From positions 736,001 through 800,000 of the forward strand of contig OZ243927.1 of the NCBI GenBank assembly GCA_965213925.1: 64,000 bases of DNA. The letters run 5' to 3'. Below are positions 9,292 through 19,523 of this stretch, one piece after another (within the stretch, counting starts at the first letter, position 1; each line of letters starts with the position of its first letter). Under the pieces are notes generated by a model. It did no database searches. It was not told where the DNA came from and was given only the letters and a program-made list of their open reading frames with translations. The position numbers were made by a program, and so were the translations under genes. The stretch is from Trueperaceae bacterium (GTDB taxonomy: Bacteria > Deinococcota > Deinococci > Deinococcales > Trueperaceae).

Positions 9292-9837
9292 TCACGCTCG
9301 AGAGTTCATGTGAAGTAAAAGCCCGGTGAGCGCTAGACCGTCCGTTATCTCGCGCTTTCGTATCCGTTCCCTAAGCTCGTTTAGCCTAAACCACCGCACG
9401 CCCTGTATCTCGTTCTCGTCAATAGCGCCGCCTTTCTGCCCTGCTCTGCACCTCACGATGTGGACGGTCATGTTCGATATACCGTTGAGCGGGTTGTAGG
9501 TGTAGAGATGTTCGAAATCATGAGTGTCGTAACCCGTCTCTTCACGGACCTCCCTAACCGCCGCGTCTACAACAGTCTCGCCCTCTTCTACGCCACCTGC
9601 AGGCAACTCCCAGCGGCTCTGGGTCGGATAATGCGCGACGCGCTCCACAAGGATGTGTCCCTCGCTGTCTTCGACGATCACCGCGACTGCGCCGCGCTCA
9701 AAGTCTAAGAGGTGATAATGCTCAATGAGGTGTCCGTTAGGCATCGCCACCTTGTCCCGGTAAAGATTCACCCACGGACTTTCGTAGATGACGACTCTGC
9801 TAAGACGCTTCGGCAATGGTTCGCTAGAAGAACTCAT
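9292..9837 (-). CDS. NUDIX hydrolase (ADP-ribose pyrophosphatase-like)
   Basis: ELPAGGVEEGETVVDAAVREVREETG Nudix box. Confidence 0.9.
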   Translation of the reverse strand: MSSSSEPLPKRLSRVVIYESPWVNLYRDKVAMPNGHLIEHYHLLDFERGAVAVIVEDSEGHILVERVAHYPTQSRWELPAGGVEEGETVVDAAVREVREETGYDTHDFEHLYTYNPLNGISNMTVHIVRCRAGQKGGAIDENEIQGVRWFRLNELRERIRKREITDGLALTGLLLHMNSRA

Positions 9838-9853
9838 CTAAACGTTGCGGACC

Positions 9854-11203
9854 TTACCGCGCTTCGGCTAAGCGCTTCGCCTCTAACCAGTCGTGCACCG
9901 CGTCTACATTGTCGGGCGTGGTGACGATGAAGAGGTGGTCGCCGTGCTGGATTTTCGTCTCGCCGTCGGGGATAAACACGTCGTTTTTGCGCAGCACTGC
10001 CCCGATGAGGCTGTCGGGGGGTGCGCCTAGGTCGCGGATGCGCCCGGTTTCGCATTGGTAGGGATACGAGACCTCCATCACTTCGGCGCGGTCTTCGATG
10101 CTGGCTAAGTGGTCGACGGCGTCCGCCTCTAACCAGTTCAAGACCTCTTGTACGGCGGCGGTGCGCGGCGCTAAAGAGGTGTCGATGCCGACGCGCTCGA
10201 AGAGGCGGCGGTTGCGCGCCCTGGCGACGCGCGTAATGACTTTGGGGATGCCTAACTGCTTGCCCAAAAGCGAGGTGAGCAGGTTTTTGCTGTCGTCGTT
10301 CGTGACCGCGACGAGCACGTCGGCGTCCTCGACGCGCTCCTGCTCTAAAAGCTCTAAGTCGGTGCCGTCGCCGCGCAGTACGAGCACTTTGGGCAGAAAC
10401 CGCGCCAAATCCTCGCTGCGTTTTTCGTCCATTTCGATGACGGTGATGCGGGCTTGGCTCTCCTGGAGCTTCTCCGCCACCATAAAGCCGACGTTGCCGC
10501 CGCCGACGATGGTCACGTTCGGGCGGCGTTTGCGCGGCGCGAAGCGCGACTCGACCTCCCTCATGCTCGGCACGGTGCCCATAAAGATAACCTTATCGTC
10601 GGGGCAGAGCACCGTCTTACCCGAGGGAATAATAAAGGACTCGCCGCGAATCGAACCGACGATAAGCGCGCTTTTTGGTAGCTTGATGTCGCTCAAGGGT
10701 TTGCCTGTAAAGGGGTCTCCCTCTTCTAATTTGTACTCCAAAAGCTGAATCTTTTTGCCCGCGAAAAAGGTGCTGTCCACGGCTCTAGGCACCTGCACGA
10801 TGTCCACGATTTGATTCGCCAAGATGCGTTGGGGCCAGAGCATCCGGTCGATCATCAGCCCGACGCCCTCCATCATGCCCGCCTCGGCGAACGCCTCGAC
10901 GTAGCGCTTGCGCGTCACGAACGCCATCGTCTCCTTTGCGCCTAAGCCCTTCGCGGCTAAGCACGCGAGCACGTTGATGTCGTCATTCACCGTGCACGCG
11001 ATAAAGGCGTCCGCCTTATCCGCGCCTGCGACGCGCAGGTCTTTGGGGTCTGCGCCGTTACCCTGGATAAAACGCACGTCAATCGTTTCGAAGGCGTTCG
11101 AGCGCTCTCCATTTGTGTCAATTACCGTCACGCTATGCGCGTGTTGCAGCGCCTCTGCAACCTGCGAGCCGATTTCACCACCACCAACAAGCACGACATT
11201 CAT
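9854..11203 (-). CDS. trkA: Trk system potassium uptake protein TrkA
   Basis: Two RCK_N/RCK_C pairs (VGGGEIG, VGGGNVG); 449 aa. Confidence 0.93.
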   Translation of the reverse strand: MNVVLVGGGEIGSQVAEALQHAHSVTVIDTNGERSNAFETIDVRFIQGNGADPKDLRVAGADKADAFIACTVNDDINVLACLAAKGLGAKETMAFVTRKRYVEAFAEAGMMEGVGLMIDRMLWPQRILANQIVDIVQVPRAVDSTFFAGKKIQLLEYKLEEGDPFTGKPLSDIKLPKSALIVGSIRGESFIIPSGKTVLCPDDKVIFMGTVPSMREVESRFAPRKRRPNVTIVGGGNVGFMVAEKLQESQARITVIEMDEKRSEDLARFLPKVLVLRGDGTDLELLEQERVEDADVLVAVTNDDSKNLLTSLLGKQLGIPKVITRVARARNRRLFERVGIDTSLAPRTAAVQEVLNWLEADAVDHLASIEDRAEVMEVSYPYQCETGRIRDLGAPPDSLIGAVLRKNDVFIPDGETKIQHGDHLFIVTTPDNVDAVHDWLEAKRLAEAR

Positions 11204-11573
11204 GGGCTAAGCATACACGATGACGGGAGGGTCCGCCGGGTTATGTGCGTCATGCTGAGTAGATTCAAGAAGAAAGAATACAGAAGGCAGAATAGAAGCG
11301 CCTTCCCCTTCTTTATGTTGTATCTTCTCTACACTCGGCTGACTTTCGGAACATTACCCACTAAGAATTCAGAGTTTTACTCGAGGCCCGAAACTCCATC
11401 ACAACTGCGCTATAGAACCCGTACAATCTGCTCTAAGTAGCTGTTTGGCGAGGAAAATGTTACCGAGAGGTTGCTCGAGCTAAGGCTTGCGCGAACGTCT
11501 CCGAGCCGACAGGTGATAAGCTGCGAGCTGTGCGGCGCACTCCTTTAGACCACATCACTCGGCGGACCATTTC

Positions 11574-12917
11574 ATGAGCGGGCGTCCGACCCGCAGAACC
11601 CTCTCGCCTGCTACGGTTATCGCGCTTTCGTTCGGCATCACCGGGCTTATCGGTACGCTCCTCTTGTGGCTGCCCTGGTCGCACGCGCCGGGCGAAGATT
11701 TGACGCTCCTGGACGCGCTTTTTACCGCCTCGAGCGCGCTGTGTGTCACCGGGCTCATCGTCGTAGATACGGGCACCGCCTGGAGCCCCTTTGGTCAGAG
11801 CGTCATCATGATCTTGATTCAACTGGGCGGTTTGGGGCTCATCACCTTCGGCACGCTCTTCGCGCTGGCGCTGGGGCGGCGCGTCGGCTTTGGCGAAAGG
11901 ATGCGCGTCGCGGAGCAGGTCAAAGCTTTTCAGGTGGGCGGCGTGGTGCAGTTGGTACGCAACATCGTCCTGCTCTCGCTGGGCGTGGAATTCGTCGGCG
12001 CGCTGCTCCTCTACCCCGCGTTCGCCGCCGAGGAGGGCGCGGGCGCAGGCGCGTTCTACGCCCTCTTTCACAGCGTCAGCGCCTCGAACAACGCGGGCTT
12101 CGCCTTTTACGGCGACTCCTTGTCGCGCTTCGTCGGCGATCCGCTCGTAAACATCGTGATCACTGGGCTTTTTATTTTAGGTGGGCTCGGCTTCATCGTG
12201 CAGGTGAATTTGATCGGCTACGCGCGAAATAGGCGGCAGAACCGCCTGACGCTGCACACCAAGATCGTCCTAGTCGTGACGGCGGTGCTCTGCTTGCTGG
12301 GCTTTGGGGTGGTGGCGGCGCTCGAGTGGAACAACCCCGCCACGCTAGGCGAGTTGCCCTCAGGCGCAAAGCTTTGGGGCGCGTTCTTTCAGGGCGTGAC
12401 CCCACGCACGGCGGGGTTTAATACGGTCGACATCGGCTCGATGGAGAACCCCACCCTCATCTTCACCATGCTGCTGATGTTCATCGGCGGCTCGCCGGGC
12501 TCGACGGCGGGCGGCATCAAAACGGCGACGTTCTTCGTGCTCGCAGCGAGCGCCTGGAGCATGGTGCGTGGTTACGGCGAGCTGACGATCTTCGGGCGGC
12601 GCGTCAGCTCGCAGACTGCGATGAAAGCCGACACCGTCGTCCTGCTGAGCAGCGGCATCGTCATCGCGGCGCTTTTTCTTCTAAGCATCACCGAGAGCGT
12701 CGAACTCCTGCCCCTCGCCTTCGAGACGATGTCCGCCTTCGGCACGGTAGGGCTTTCGATGGGCTCGACGGGCGAGTTGAGTGTGGTCGGTCAGCTTGTC
12801 GTCATCGCGCTGATGTATCTGGGGCGCGTCGGTCCTCTGACGTTCGCGCTCGCGATCGTGCAAGAGCCGCGCGGAGGTGACATCAAGCATCCGGAGGAAG
12901 AGGTGCTTATCAGTTAG
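11574..12917 (+). CDS. ktrB: Ktr potassium transporter membrane subunit
   Basis: SALCVTGL, NNAGF, RTAGFN, GGSPGSTAGGIK and SAFGTVGLS motifs. Confidence 0.92.
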   Translation: MSGRPTRRTLSPATVIALSFGITGLIGTLLLWLPWSHAPGEDLTLLDALFTASSALCVTGLIVVDTGTAWSPFGQSVIMILIQLGGLGLITFGTLFALALGRRVGFGERMRVAEQVKAFQVGGVVQLVRNIVLLSLGVEFVGALLLYPAFAAEEGAGAGAFYALFHSVSASNNAGFAFYGDSLSRFVGDPLVNIVITGLFILGGLGFIVQVNLIGYARNRRQNRLTLHTKIVLVVTAVLCLLGFGVVAALEWNNPATLGELPSGAKLWGAFFQGVTPRTAGFNTVDIGSMENPTLIFTMLLMFIGGSPGSTAGGIKTATFFVLAASAWSMVRGYGELTIFGRRVSSQTAMKADTVVLLSSGIVIAALFLLSITESVELLPLAFETMSAFGTVGLSMGSTGELSVVGQLVVIALMYLGRVGPLTFALAIVQEPRGGDIKHPEEEVLIS

Positions 12918-12920
12918 AAG

Positions 12921-13023
12921 AAGCAATGAGTACCGAGCAACGAGCAATGAGTGAACCTCAGAAGCTTTTCACTTTCAACTCACCGTTCGTCCAGCTCGAC
13001 TGGATTGCTCGTTGCTCATTGCT
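12921..13023. repeat. AGCAAYG-heptamer palindromic repeat, copy 2
   Basis: AGCAACGAGCAATGAG...TTGCTCGTTGCTCATTGCT arms enclose the CACCGTTCGT and CCAGCTCGACTGGATT modules. Confidence 0.8.
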
Positions 13024-13075
13024 AAAATACTTCTGAATGTGAAGCATAAGGAAAGGTCTCGAGGTATCTACAATC

Positions 13076-13732
13076 ATGAAAACGAAACAGTTTCTCGTTA
13101 TCGGCGCGGGCCGCTTCGGCTCGGCGCTCGCGACTACTCTCTACGATTTAGGACACGAGGTCGTCGTTGTGGACTCCCGTGAAGACGCCGTCGAGACGAT
13201 CATGAACGGTGTGACGCACGCCGCTATCTTGGACGCGACGGATGAAGAGGCGCTTACGAAGCTCGGCTTAGACACCTTTGACCAGGTCATCGTCGCTATA
13301 GGCAACAACTTTGAAGCGAACATCCTCGCCACCGTCGCCGCGAAGAATCAGGGCGCGAAGCGCGTCGTGAGCAAGGCGACGAGCAATATGGCTGCGAAGG
13401 TCCTTTCGCAAGTCGGCGCAGACGAGGTCATTCGCCCGGAGCACGATATGGGCGTGCGGCTCGCCAAGCAGCTCGCCACACCGGGCATCGTGGACGCCTT
13501 TAACTTAGGCGATGACCATGAAGTTATCGAGTTCGAAGCGCAGAGCAAGCTCTGCGGACGCTTAGATCAACTCAAGCTCACCAACCGCTTCGGCGTGCAA
13601 GTCGTCGCGGTCAACCGGGACGGTAAGTTGGAGGTGAGCCCACGGGCTGACTTTGAAATTCGCCCGAAAGACCGCGTTGTGCTTATTGGCGAGTCCGATT
13701 CTATTGAGAGCTTGCGCAACTATCTCGAGTAA
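13076..13732 (+). CDS. ktrA: Ktr RCK regulatory subunit
   Basis: VIGAGRFG, GADEVIRPEHDMG and an RCK_C domain; follows ktrB. Confidence 0.92.
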   Translation: MKTKQFLVIGAGRFGSALATTLYDLGHEVVVVDSREDAVETIMNGVTHAAILDATDEEALTKLGLDTFDQVIVAIGNNFEANILATVAAKNQGAKRVVSKATSNMAAKVLSQVGADEVIRPEHDMGVRLAKQLATPGIVDAFNLGDDHEVIEFEAQSKLCGRLDQLKLTNRFGVQVVAVNRDGKLEVSPRADFEIRPKDRVVLIGESDSIESLRNYLE

Positions 13733-13735
13733 GGC

Positions 13736-13868
13736 AGCAATGAGGAACGAGCAATGAGTGAAAATCTTTAGACTCATTGCTCACCGTTCGTTCCTTTCGC
13801 ATTCGCGAAAACTACGTAAGCGGAAGCTAAAGCCACCAGCTTGACTGGATTGCTTTCAACTCATTGCT
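13736..13868. repeat. AGCAAYG-heptamer palindromic repeat, copy 3, with nested insert
   Basis: Same modules as copy 2 plus the insert TTCCTTTCGCATTCGCGAAAAC, whose reverse complement occurs at 46999-47020. Confidence 0.8.
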
Positions 13869-15469
13869 TCTTTTTTCACCACCTGCAAAACGCCGAATCC
13901 AAGCGCAAAGATGGCGAGTAGGATGATAAGTACGTCGCCGAAACGCACGTAAAGCGTCTCGCCTTCACGTAAGCGGTAGTTTACCAGCAAGGTGTCTTGC
14001 ACGCCCCTTGGGAGCCGCGCCTCTACTTCCCCGAAAGGGTTGACGAGCGCTGTAATCCCGTCGTTGCCCGCCCGCAAGAGGTAGCGCCGCGTCTCAATTG
14101 CCCTCATGTTGCCCATCTCGAAGTGCTGCCGCGCCCCCTGCCCGCGCCCGAACCAGGCGTCGTTGGAGATGTTGACCAAAACTTCCGCCCCTTGCGTCAC
14201 CATCTGCCGCGTGACGTGCGGAAAGACCGACTCGTAGCAGATGTAGACGGCGGCGTCCGTATTGGGCAGTCTCAAAGAGGTCACTTCGTCACCGGGCGGG
14301 CGGCTGCTCAAAAGGGGTAGACCGAGCTGCGCGAAGATAAAGCTGTAAAGAGGTTCTAAAGGACCGATGAAGGGGAAGACCTCGCCGAAAGGGACAAGGT
14401 AGACTTTGTCGTAGCGGTCCATGACCTCGCCGTCCGCGATGCTAAAGGCGCTATTGTAGGAGCTGAACTGCGGTCTGGGGTCCCTCGCTCCACCCCCCGC
14501 GATAACGTTCGCTTGAAGCGCACTCCGCTGTATCTGCGCGGCGGCGGCAAGGTCTTGTGAGAGGTCAACCTCGAGCGCCGCCCCCTCAGGCCACACCACC
14601 AAGTCGGGAACGTTTTCTGCTTCTCTTATCCCTCCTTGCGTCAGGCTTTCGTAAAGCGCTACTTCACCCCCAGGTGTCGTGACGCGGCTCAGAGGGTCAG
14701 TGTTGCCCTGGACGAGTAACGCGCTCTGGTTCGTGGGGGGGAGGGGACTCTGTCTAGCTAGGCCATAAATTAATCCGGTAGTGAGGAGTAGCGCTGCACC
14801 CGCAGGCGGAAGCCAACGAATCACCCGTGACACCTCGGGACGCATCAAAAAAGGAACCGCGAGCAGCGACGCGGCGCACGTCGTCAGTAAGCTCAACCCA
14901 TAAACGCCCGCGATATCGGCAAGCTGCGCCAGCGGCGTATCTGCCCAGATATACCCAAGTGTCCCCCAAGGAAAGGCGAAAAGCCCCTGCGAGCGTGCCC
15001 ACTCCATCAGCACCCATAGGGCGGGAAGCATGACGAGCGTGCCCGCACCTCTTCGTCCAACCCACCGACTCAAGCCCGTGACGATGCCCCAAAAGCAACC
15101 CAGGATGGTGAGCAAAAAGGGATAGAGTAGCCAGAAGAAGGGACCGTAGAGGTCTGCGAAGCTCTGCGGCAGCCAGATGATGTGCAGCGCAAAACAGGCA
15201 ACGCCGAAAAAGAAGCCGTAACCGAACGCCGCCCTGACGCGGCGACTATGCGCCACCAAAATAAAGAGCGGCGTGAGCATGGTAAAGAAAATCCAGAGGT
15301 TCGGCGTCGGCAGCGCCACGCTGAGGAGCGCGCCGCAGCCTACGCAAACGAGGACGCGCTGCCAGAACATGCCCTCTCTCTCGCCTTCCGCTCGAGGGTC
15401 AGCCGCTATTCCTGGTTTATCTTGAGACTGAGTAAAGGCGTGAAACCACCTGGAAAGACTGCTGAACAC
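13856..15469 (-). CDS. lnt: apolipoprotein N-acyltransferase
   Basis: FPW, VVWPE, YDKVYLVPFGE, ICYES and NISNDAWFG motifs. Confidence 0.95.
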   Translation of the reverse strand: MFSSLSRWFHAFTQSQDKPGIAADPRAEGEREGMFWQRVLVCVGCGALLSVALPTPNLWIFFTMLTPLFILVAHSRRVRAAFGYGFFFGVACFALHIIWLPQSFADLYGPFFWLLYPFLLTILGCFWGIVTGLSRWVGRRGAGTLVMLPALWVLMEWARSQGLFAFPWGTLGYIWADTPLAQLADIAGVYGLSLLTTCAASLLAVPFLMRPEVSRVIRWLPPAGAALLLTTGLIYGLARQSPLPPTNQSALLVQGNTDPLSRVTTPGGEVALYESLTQGGIREAENVPDLVVWPEGAALEVDLSQDLAAAAQIQRSALQANVIAGGGARDPRPQFSSYNSAFSIADGEVMDRYDKVYLVPFGEVFPFIGPLEPLYSFIFAQLGLPLLSSRPPGDEVTSLRLPNTDAAVYICYESVFPHVTRQMVTQGAEVLVNISNDAWFGRGQGARQHFEMGNMRAIETRRYLLRAGNDGITALVNPFGEVEARLPRGVQDTLLVNYRLREGETLYVRFGDVLIILLAIFALGFGVLQVVKKEAMS

Positions 15470-15653
15470 GTCGCCAATTTATCACGCGCTAGGGTGAGAA
15501 GCGCGGTGATTTGAGACGTTTTACATCTAGTAGCGGTCATCAAGACGAGAGAGGTTGATCCAGCTTTGGAAGGTAGCAACATTCGAAGTTGGCTGGATGA
15601 GCTAGGCTCGAGTCCGTTGCGCTCATTCAAAAGGTGGGCGCTAGGAGGTCGAG

Positions 15654-15980
15654 ATGTCGCTTGCGTGGGTGTGGTTGCTACTAGCGGGGCTGCTCGAGGT
15701 CACGTGGGCGCTCTCGCTCAAATATTCAGAGGGCTTCACGCGCTTCGTCCCGAGCGTGGTGACGCTCACGGCGCTTGCGCTCAGTATGGTGCTGCTGAGC
15801 GTAGCGGTTCGCACATTGCCGATTGGAACGGCGTACGGGGTGTGGGTCGGTATCGGAGCGTTGGGGGCGGCGGTGCTGGGTGTGGTGCTTTTCGACGAGC
15901 CGCTGTCGGCGGCTCGAGTTTTCTTTCTCGCTCTTCTTCTGGTCGCAATTATCGGGCTGAGGTTGACGAGCCGGGCTTAG
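15654..15980 (+). CDS. sugE: SMR transporter, Gdx/SugE type
   Basis: AGLLEVTWA.SLKYSEGFT and LPIGTAYGVWVGIG; AGGAGG RBS. Confidence 0.88.
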   Translation: MSLAWVWLLLAGLLEVTWALSLKYSEGFTRFVPSVVTLTALALSMVLLSVAVRTLPIGTAYGVWVGIGALGAAVLGVVLFDEPLSAARVFFLALLLVAIIGLRLTSRA

Positions 15981-16080
15981 AGGGCTGAGCCAAAATGTTG
16001 TGAAGTCGCTCTTGATCGTACAAACGAGACCCAAGACACCTTCTTCGTGCACACACGCTCCCCATAGGGTAATCTAGTGC

Positions 16081-17544
16081 GTGCGCGGACGCTTTGCTCC
16101 TTACATCGTCGGTTTCGGTCTCTTGGGTTTAGCGGCTATCATGCTCTTCTTCTGCGTCTACGCCGCACTTTTGGGCGAAAGTATCGTAGGCTTCGCGGTT
16201 ACATTAGGCCTATGTACCGCGCTCGGGGGCACGCTCATCTGGCTCGGCACGAGTGAGGCGGAACCCACGCGGCGCGAAGCGTTAATTGGCGTTTTGCTGC
16301 TCTGGTTTAGCGTGCCGATGTTCGGCGCAGTTCCCTACGTGATTATGGGCGGCTTCTCGCCGCTCAACGCGATGTTCGAATCCATGAGCGGCTTTACCAC
16401 CACTGGGGCGACGGTGCTGCGTAACTTTGATGAGTTCCCTATCAGCCTCTTCATGTGGCGAGCGCTGACGCAGTGGATCGGCGGCGTGGGCATTATCGTC
16501 CTCTTCATCGCGGTTTTTCCGCAGCTCGCCATCGCGGGGCGGCAGCTCTTCTTCGCAGAAGCGCCCGGTCCTACCGAGGAACGCCTTACGCCGCGCTTGC
16601 GCAACACAGCGAGTGCGGTACTTATCGTCTACGTGGGGCTCACCGTTCTCTGCGGGCTCGCCTACTGGCTCGCCGGGATGACGCCCTACAATGCGGTGGC
16701 GCACACCTTCACGACGCTTGCCGCAGGCGGGTTTAGCCCCAATGGACTCTCTTTTGATGGGTTTAACAGCCCCGCTATCGACTGGGTCGCGATCGTTTTC
16801 ATGACCTTTGCGGGCGCGAACTTCTCGTTGCAATACCAAGCGGTTGTCGGACGTCCTAAAGACCTCTTTCGTGACGCCGAAGTCCGCGCCTACCTCACGA
16901 TTCTCCTAATCGCCGCAGGGTTCCTCGCGGTAACGTTGTGGGGCGATTACGGAGCTGTTGAGGCGGTGCGTCACGCCCTCTTCCAAGTCATCAGCATCCT
17001 GACCACGACGGGCTACGCTTCGGTGGATTTTATCGAATGGTCGCAGCAAGGGCAGATGATCTTGCTGGTCCTTATGTTCGTCGGCGGCAGCGCGGGCAGC
17101 GCGGCGGGCGGTATTAAGGTCATCCGCTGGCTTATCATCACGCGCAACATGGCGCGGGAGGTGCGCCGCGCCCTCCACCCAAAAGCGGTCTTGCCCGTGC
17201 GCGTGGGTAGCCGCCCAATTGGAGAGGAGGTGCTTAGGGCGGTCGCCGCCTTTTTAACGCTCTATTTGAGTCTCTTCGCCGTCACCGCGGCGGTCGTCAT
17301 TTGGCTGGGCGCGGACATCATCACGGGAACAACCGCCGCGATCGCTTGCATCGGCAACATCGGTCCCGGACTCGGCGAGGTCGGACCGATGCTCAACTTT
17401 GCAGACTTGCATCCCGTCAGCCGTGGGCTACTTATCTTTGCGATGTACGCAGGGCGCTTGGAGGTTGTCACGGTCTTCATCGTCTTCAACCGTGACTTCT
17501 GGCGACTTCCCAAAAGGGGCGCGTTTCAGCGGCGTTCTCTGTAG
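16081..17544 (+). CDS. trkH: TrkH potassium channel, copy 1
   Basis: FESMSGFTTTGAT, GGFS, TTTGY, GGSAGSAAGGIK, GNIGPG and GRLE motifs. Confidence 0.93.
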   Translation: MRGRFAPYIVGFGLLGLAAIMLFFCVYAALLGESIVGFAVTLGLCTALGGTLIWLGTSEAEPTRREALIGVLLLWFSVPMFGAVPYVIMGGFSPLNAMFESMSGFTTTGATVLRNFDEFPISLFMWRALTQWIGGVGIIVLFIAVFPQLAIAGRQLFFAEAPGPTEERLTPRLRNTASAVLIVYVGLTVLCGLAYWLAGMTPYNAVAHTFTTLAAGGFSPNGLSFDGFNSPAIDWVAIVFMTFAGANFSLQYQAVVGRPKDLFRDAEVRAYLTILLIAAGFLAVTLWGDYGAVEAVRHALFQVISILTTTGYASVDFIEWSQQGQMILLVLMFVGGSAGSAAGGIKVIRWLIITRNMAREVRRALHPKAVLPVRVGSRPIGEEVLRAVAAFLTLYLSLFAVTAAVVIWLGADIITGTTAAIACIGNIGPGLGEVGPMLNFADLHPVSRGLLIFAMYAGRLEVVTVFIVFNRDFWRLPKRGAFQRRSL

Positions 17545-17649
17545 AGCCGGTCAGTATTTCAGCACAGGTTAGAGCGACGTTCGGTGATGAAAATCCGACT
17601 TCGCATCAAAAGGTGCGTCACCTCCTTCTCATCTACGGTAGTCTAGTGC

Positions 17650-19113
17650 GTGCGCGGACGCTTTGCTCCCTACATCGTCGGGCTCGGTCTCTTAGGACTC
17701 GCCGTTATCACGCTTTTTTTCTGTGTCTACGCCTTTTTGCTCAGTGAGAGTGTTGTCGGCTTCGCAGCGACTTGTGTTCTCTCCGCCGCGCTAGGCGCAC
17801 CTCTCGTTTGGATAGGAACGAGCAACGCTGGACCGACGCGCCGGGAAGCGTTAGTCGGTGTATTGCTGCTCTGGTTCGTTTTGCCAATTGTTGGCATGAT
17901 TCCTTACGTGGAGTCAGGGGCGTTTTCGCCGCTCAACGCGCTTTTCGAGTCGACGAGCGGCTTTACCGCTACAGGCGCGACGGCGCTGCGCAACTTTTCA
18001 GAGGTCTCGGATAGCCTCTTTATGTACCGCGCCTTGTCGCAGTGGCTCGGCGGCATCGGCATCATCGTTCTCTTTATCGCGGTTTTTCCGCAACTTGCCA
18101 TCGCGGGGCGGCAGCTCTTCTTCGCCGAAGCGCCCGGTCCTTCCGAGGAAAAACTCACGCCTAGATTGCGCAACACGGCGGGCGCTGTTTTGCTCGTCTA
18201 CGTGGGGCTCAGCCTCCTCTGCGGGCTCGCCTACTGGCTCGCCGGCATGACGCCTTATAACGCGGTAGCGCACACCTTTACGACGCTCGCCGCGAGCGGC
18301 TTTAGCCCGGACCCGCTCTCCTTCGCGGGCTTCGACAACCTTGCAATTGACCTGGTTGCGATTTTGTTCATGACCTTTGCAGGGGTGAGCTTCGCGCTGC
18401 AATATCAGGCGGTCATGGGGCGTCCTAAAGACCTCTTGCGTGACACCGAAGTTCGCGCGTATCTCGCGATTCTTTTGGTCGCGGCGGCGCTCCTCACCTT
18501 TGCCCTGAGAGATACGTATGCGCCCCTCGAGGCGGTGCGCCACGCCACTTTCCAAGCGGTCAGCATCATGACAACGACGGGCTACGCCTCCGCCAACTTC
18601 GCGGAGTGGTCACAGCAAGCCCAAGTCGTGCTCTTAGTCCTTATGTTCATCGGCGGCAGCGCGGGCAGCGCGGCGGGCGGTGTCAAGGTGATCCGCTGGC
18701 TCATCGTCGCGCAGAACATGGCGCGCGAAGTGCGCCGCGCCCTCCACCCTAAGGCGGTCTTGCCCGTGCGCGTCGGCAACCACTTAGTCGAAGAGGAGGT
18801 GCTCCGGGCGGTGGCGGCGTTTCTGACGCTCTACTTGAGCCTCTTCGCTGTGATTGCGGGCGTCGTCATCTGGCTGGGGGCGGATATCGTTACCGGACTC
18901 ACGGCGTCGATTGCCTGCCTCGGTAACGTCGGTCCTGGGCTCGGCGAGGTTGGACCGATGCTGAGCTTCGCGGACTTGCACCCGGTGAGCCGCGCGCTGC
19001 TTATCTTTGCGATGTACGCGGGGAGGCTGGAAGTCGTCACGGTCTTTATCGTCTTCAACCGTGACTTTTGGTACCTGCCCAAAAGGAGGACGTTTCAGCG
19101 GGGGTTTCGCTAG
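17650..19113 (+). CDS. trkH: TrkH potassium channel, copy 2 (tandem paralogue)
   Basis: Same length (487 aa) and colinear with copy 1. Confidence 0.93.
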   Translation: MRGRFAPYIVGLGLLGLAVITLFFCVYAFLLSESVVGFAATCVLSAALGAPLVWIGTSNAGPTRREALVGVLLLWFVLPIVGMIPYVESGAFSPLNALFESTSGFTATGATALRNFSEVSDSLFMYRALSQWLGGIGIIVLFIAVFPQLAIAGRQLFFAEAPGPSEEKLTPRLRNTAGAVLLVYVGLSLLCGLAYWLAGMTPYNAVAHTFTTLAASGFSPDPLSFAGFDNLAIDLVAILFMTFAGVSFALQYQAVMGRPKDLLRDTEVRAYLAILLVAAALLTFALRDTYAPLEAVRHATFQAVSIMTTTGYASANFAEWSQQAQVVLLVLMFIGGSAGSAAGGVKVIRWLIVAQNMAREVRRALHPKAVLPVRVGNHLVEEEVLRAVAAFLTLYLSLFAVIAGVVIWLGADIVTGLTASIACLGNVGPGLGEVGPMLSFADLHPVSRALLIFAMYAGRLEVVTVFIVFNRDFWYLPKRRTFQRGFR

Positions 19114-19522
19114 CTGCTTCCCGGCAACTCGGTCTCGTCCCCTAACGTGTCTTGAACGTAGAGTATCTTGACGAGGACGAGGAGGACCGCGACGAGGGGC
19201 GATCAGCACGCCTACAAAGCTGAACAGCGTGCCCATCAAGAAGATGGCGAAGAGCAGCAGCGCGGGCGGCAGCTGGATCATGCGCTGCTGCACGAGCGGC
19301 AAGAGCACGTTGCCCTCTAAAAGCTCTAAAGCGATGAACAAAATAGCCACCCAAAGTGCCGCCGAGCCGCCCTGCGTCAGCGCGACGAGCACCGCCGGGA
19401 TGCCCGCCAGCCAAGGACCGATGGTCGGAATGAACTCGAACAAAAAGGCGATAAAGCCGAGCCCGAATGCGAAAGGTACCCCTAGCAACCAGAGCCCTAG
19501 CCCAATCAGCGTGCCGACGCCA
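19110..19522 (-). pseudogene. AI-2E family transporter, 3' remnant
   Basis: LWLLGVP...FIPTIGP...LEGNVLLPLVQ...GVLIA, then a frameshift near 19197 into LVAVLLVLVKILYVQDTLG; the 5' half is missing. Confidence 0.8.
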
Positions 19523-19523
19523 A

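Noticed and set aside
11204..11573. c-di-AMP (ydaO) riboswitch upstream of ktrB/trkA
   Set aside because: The conserved motifs could not be found in order on either strand.
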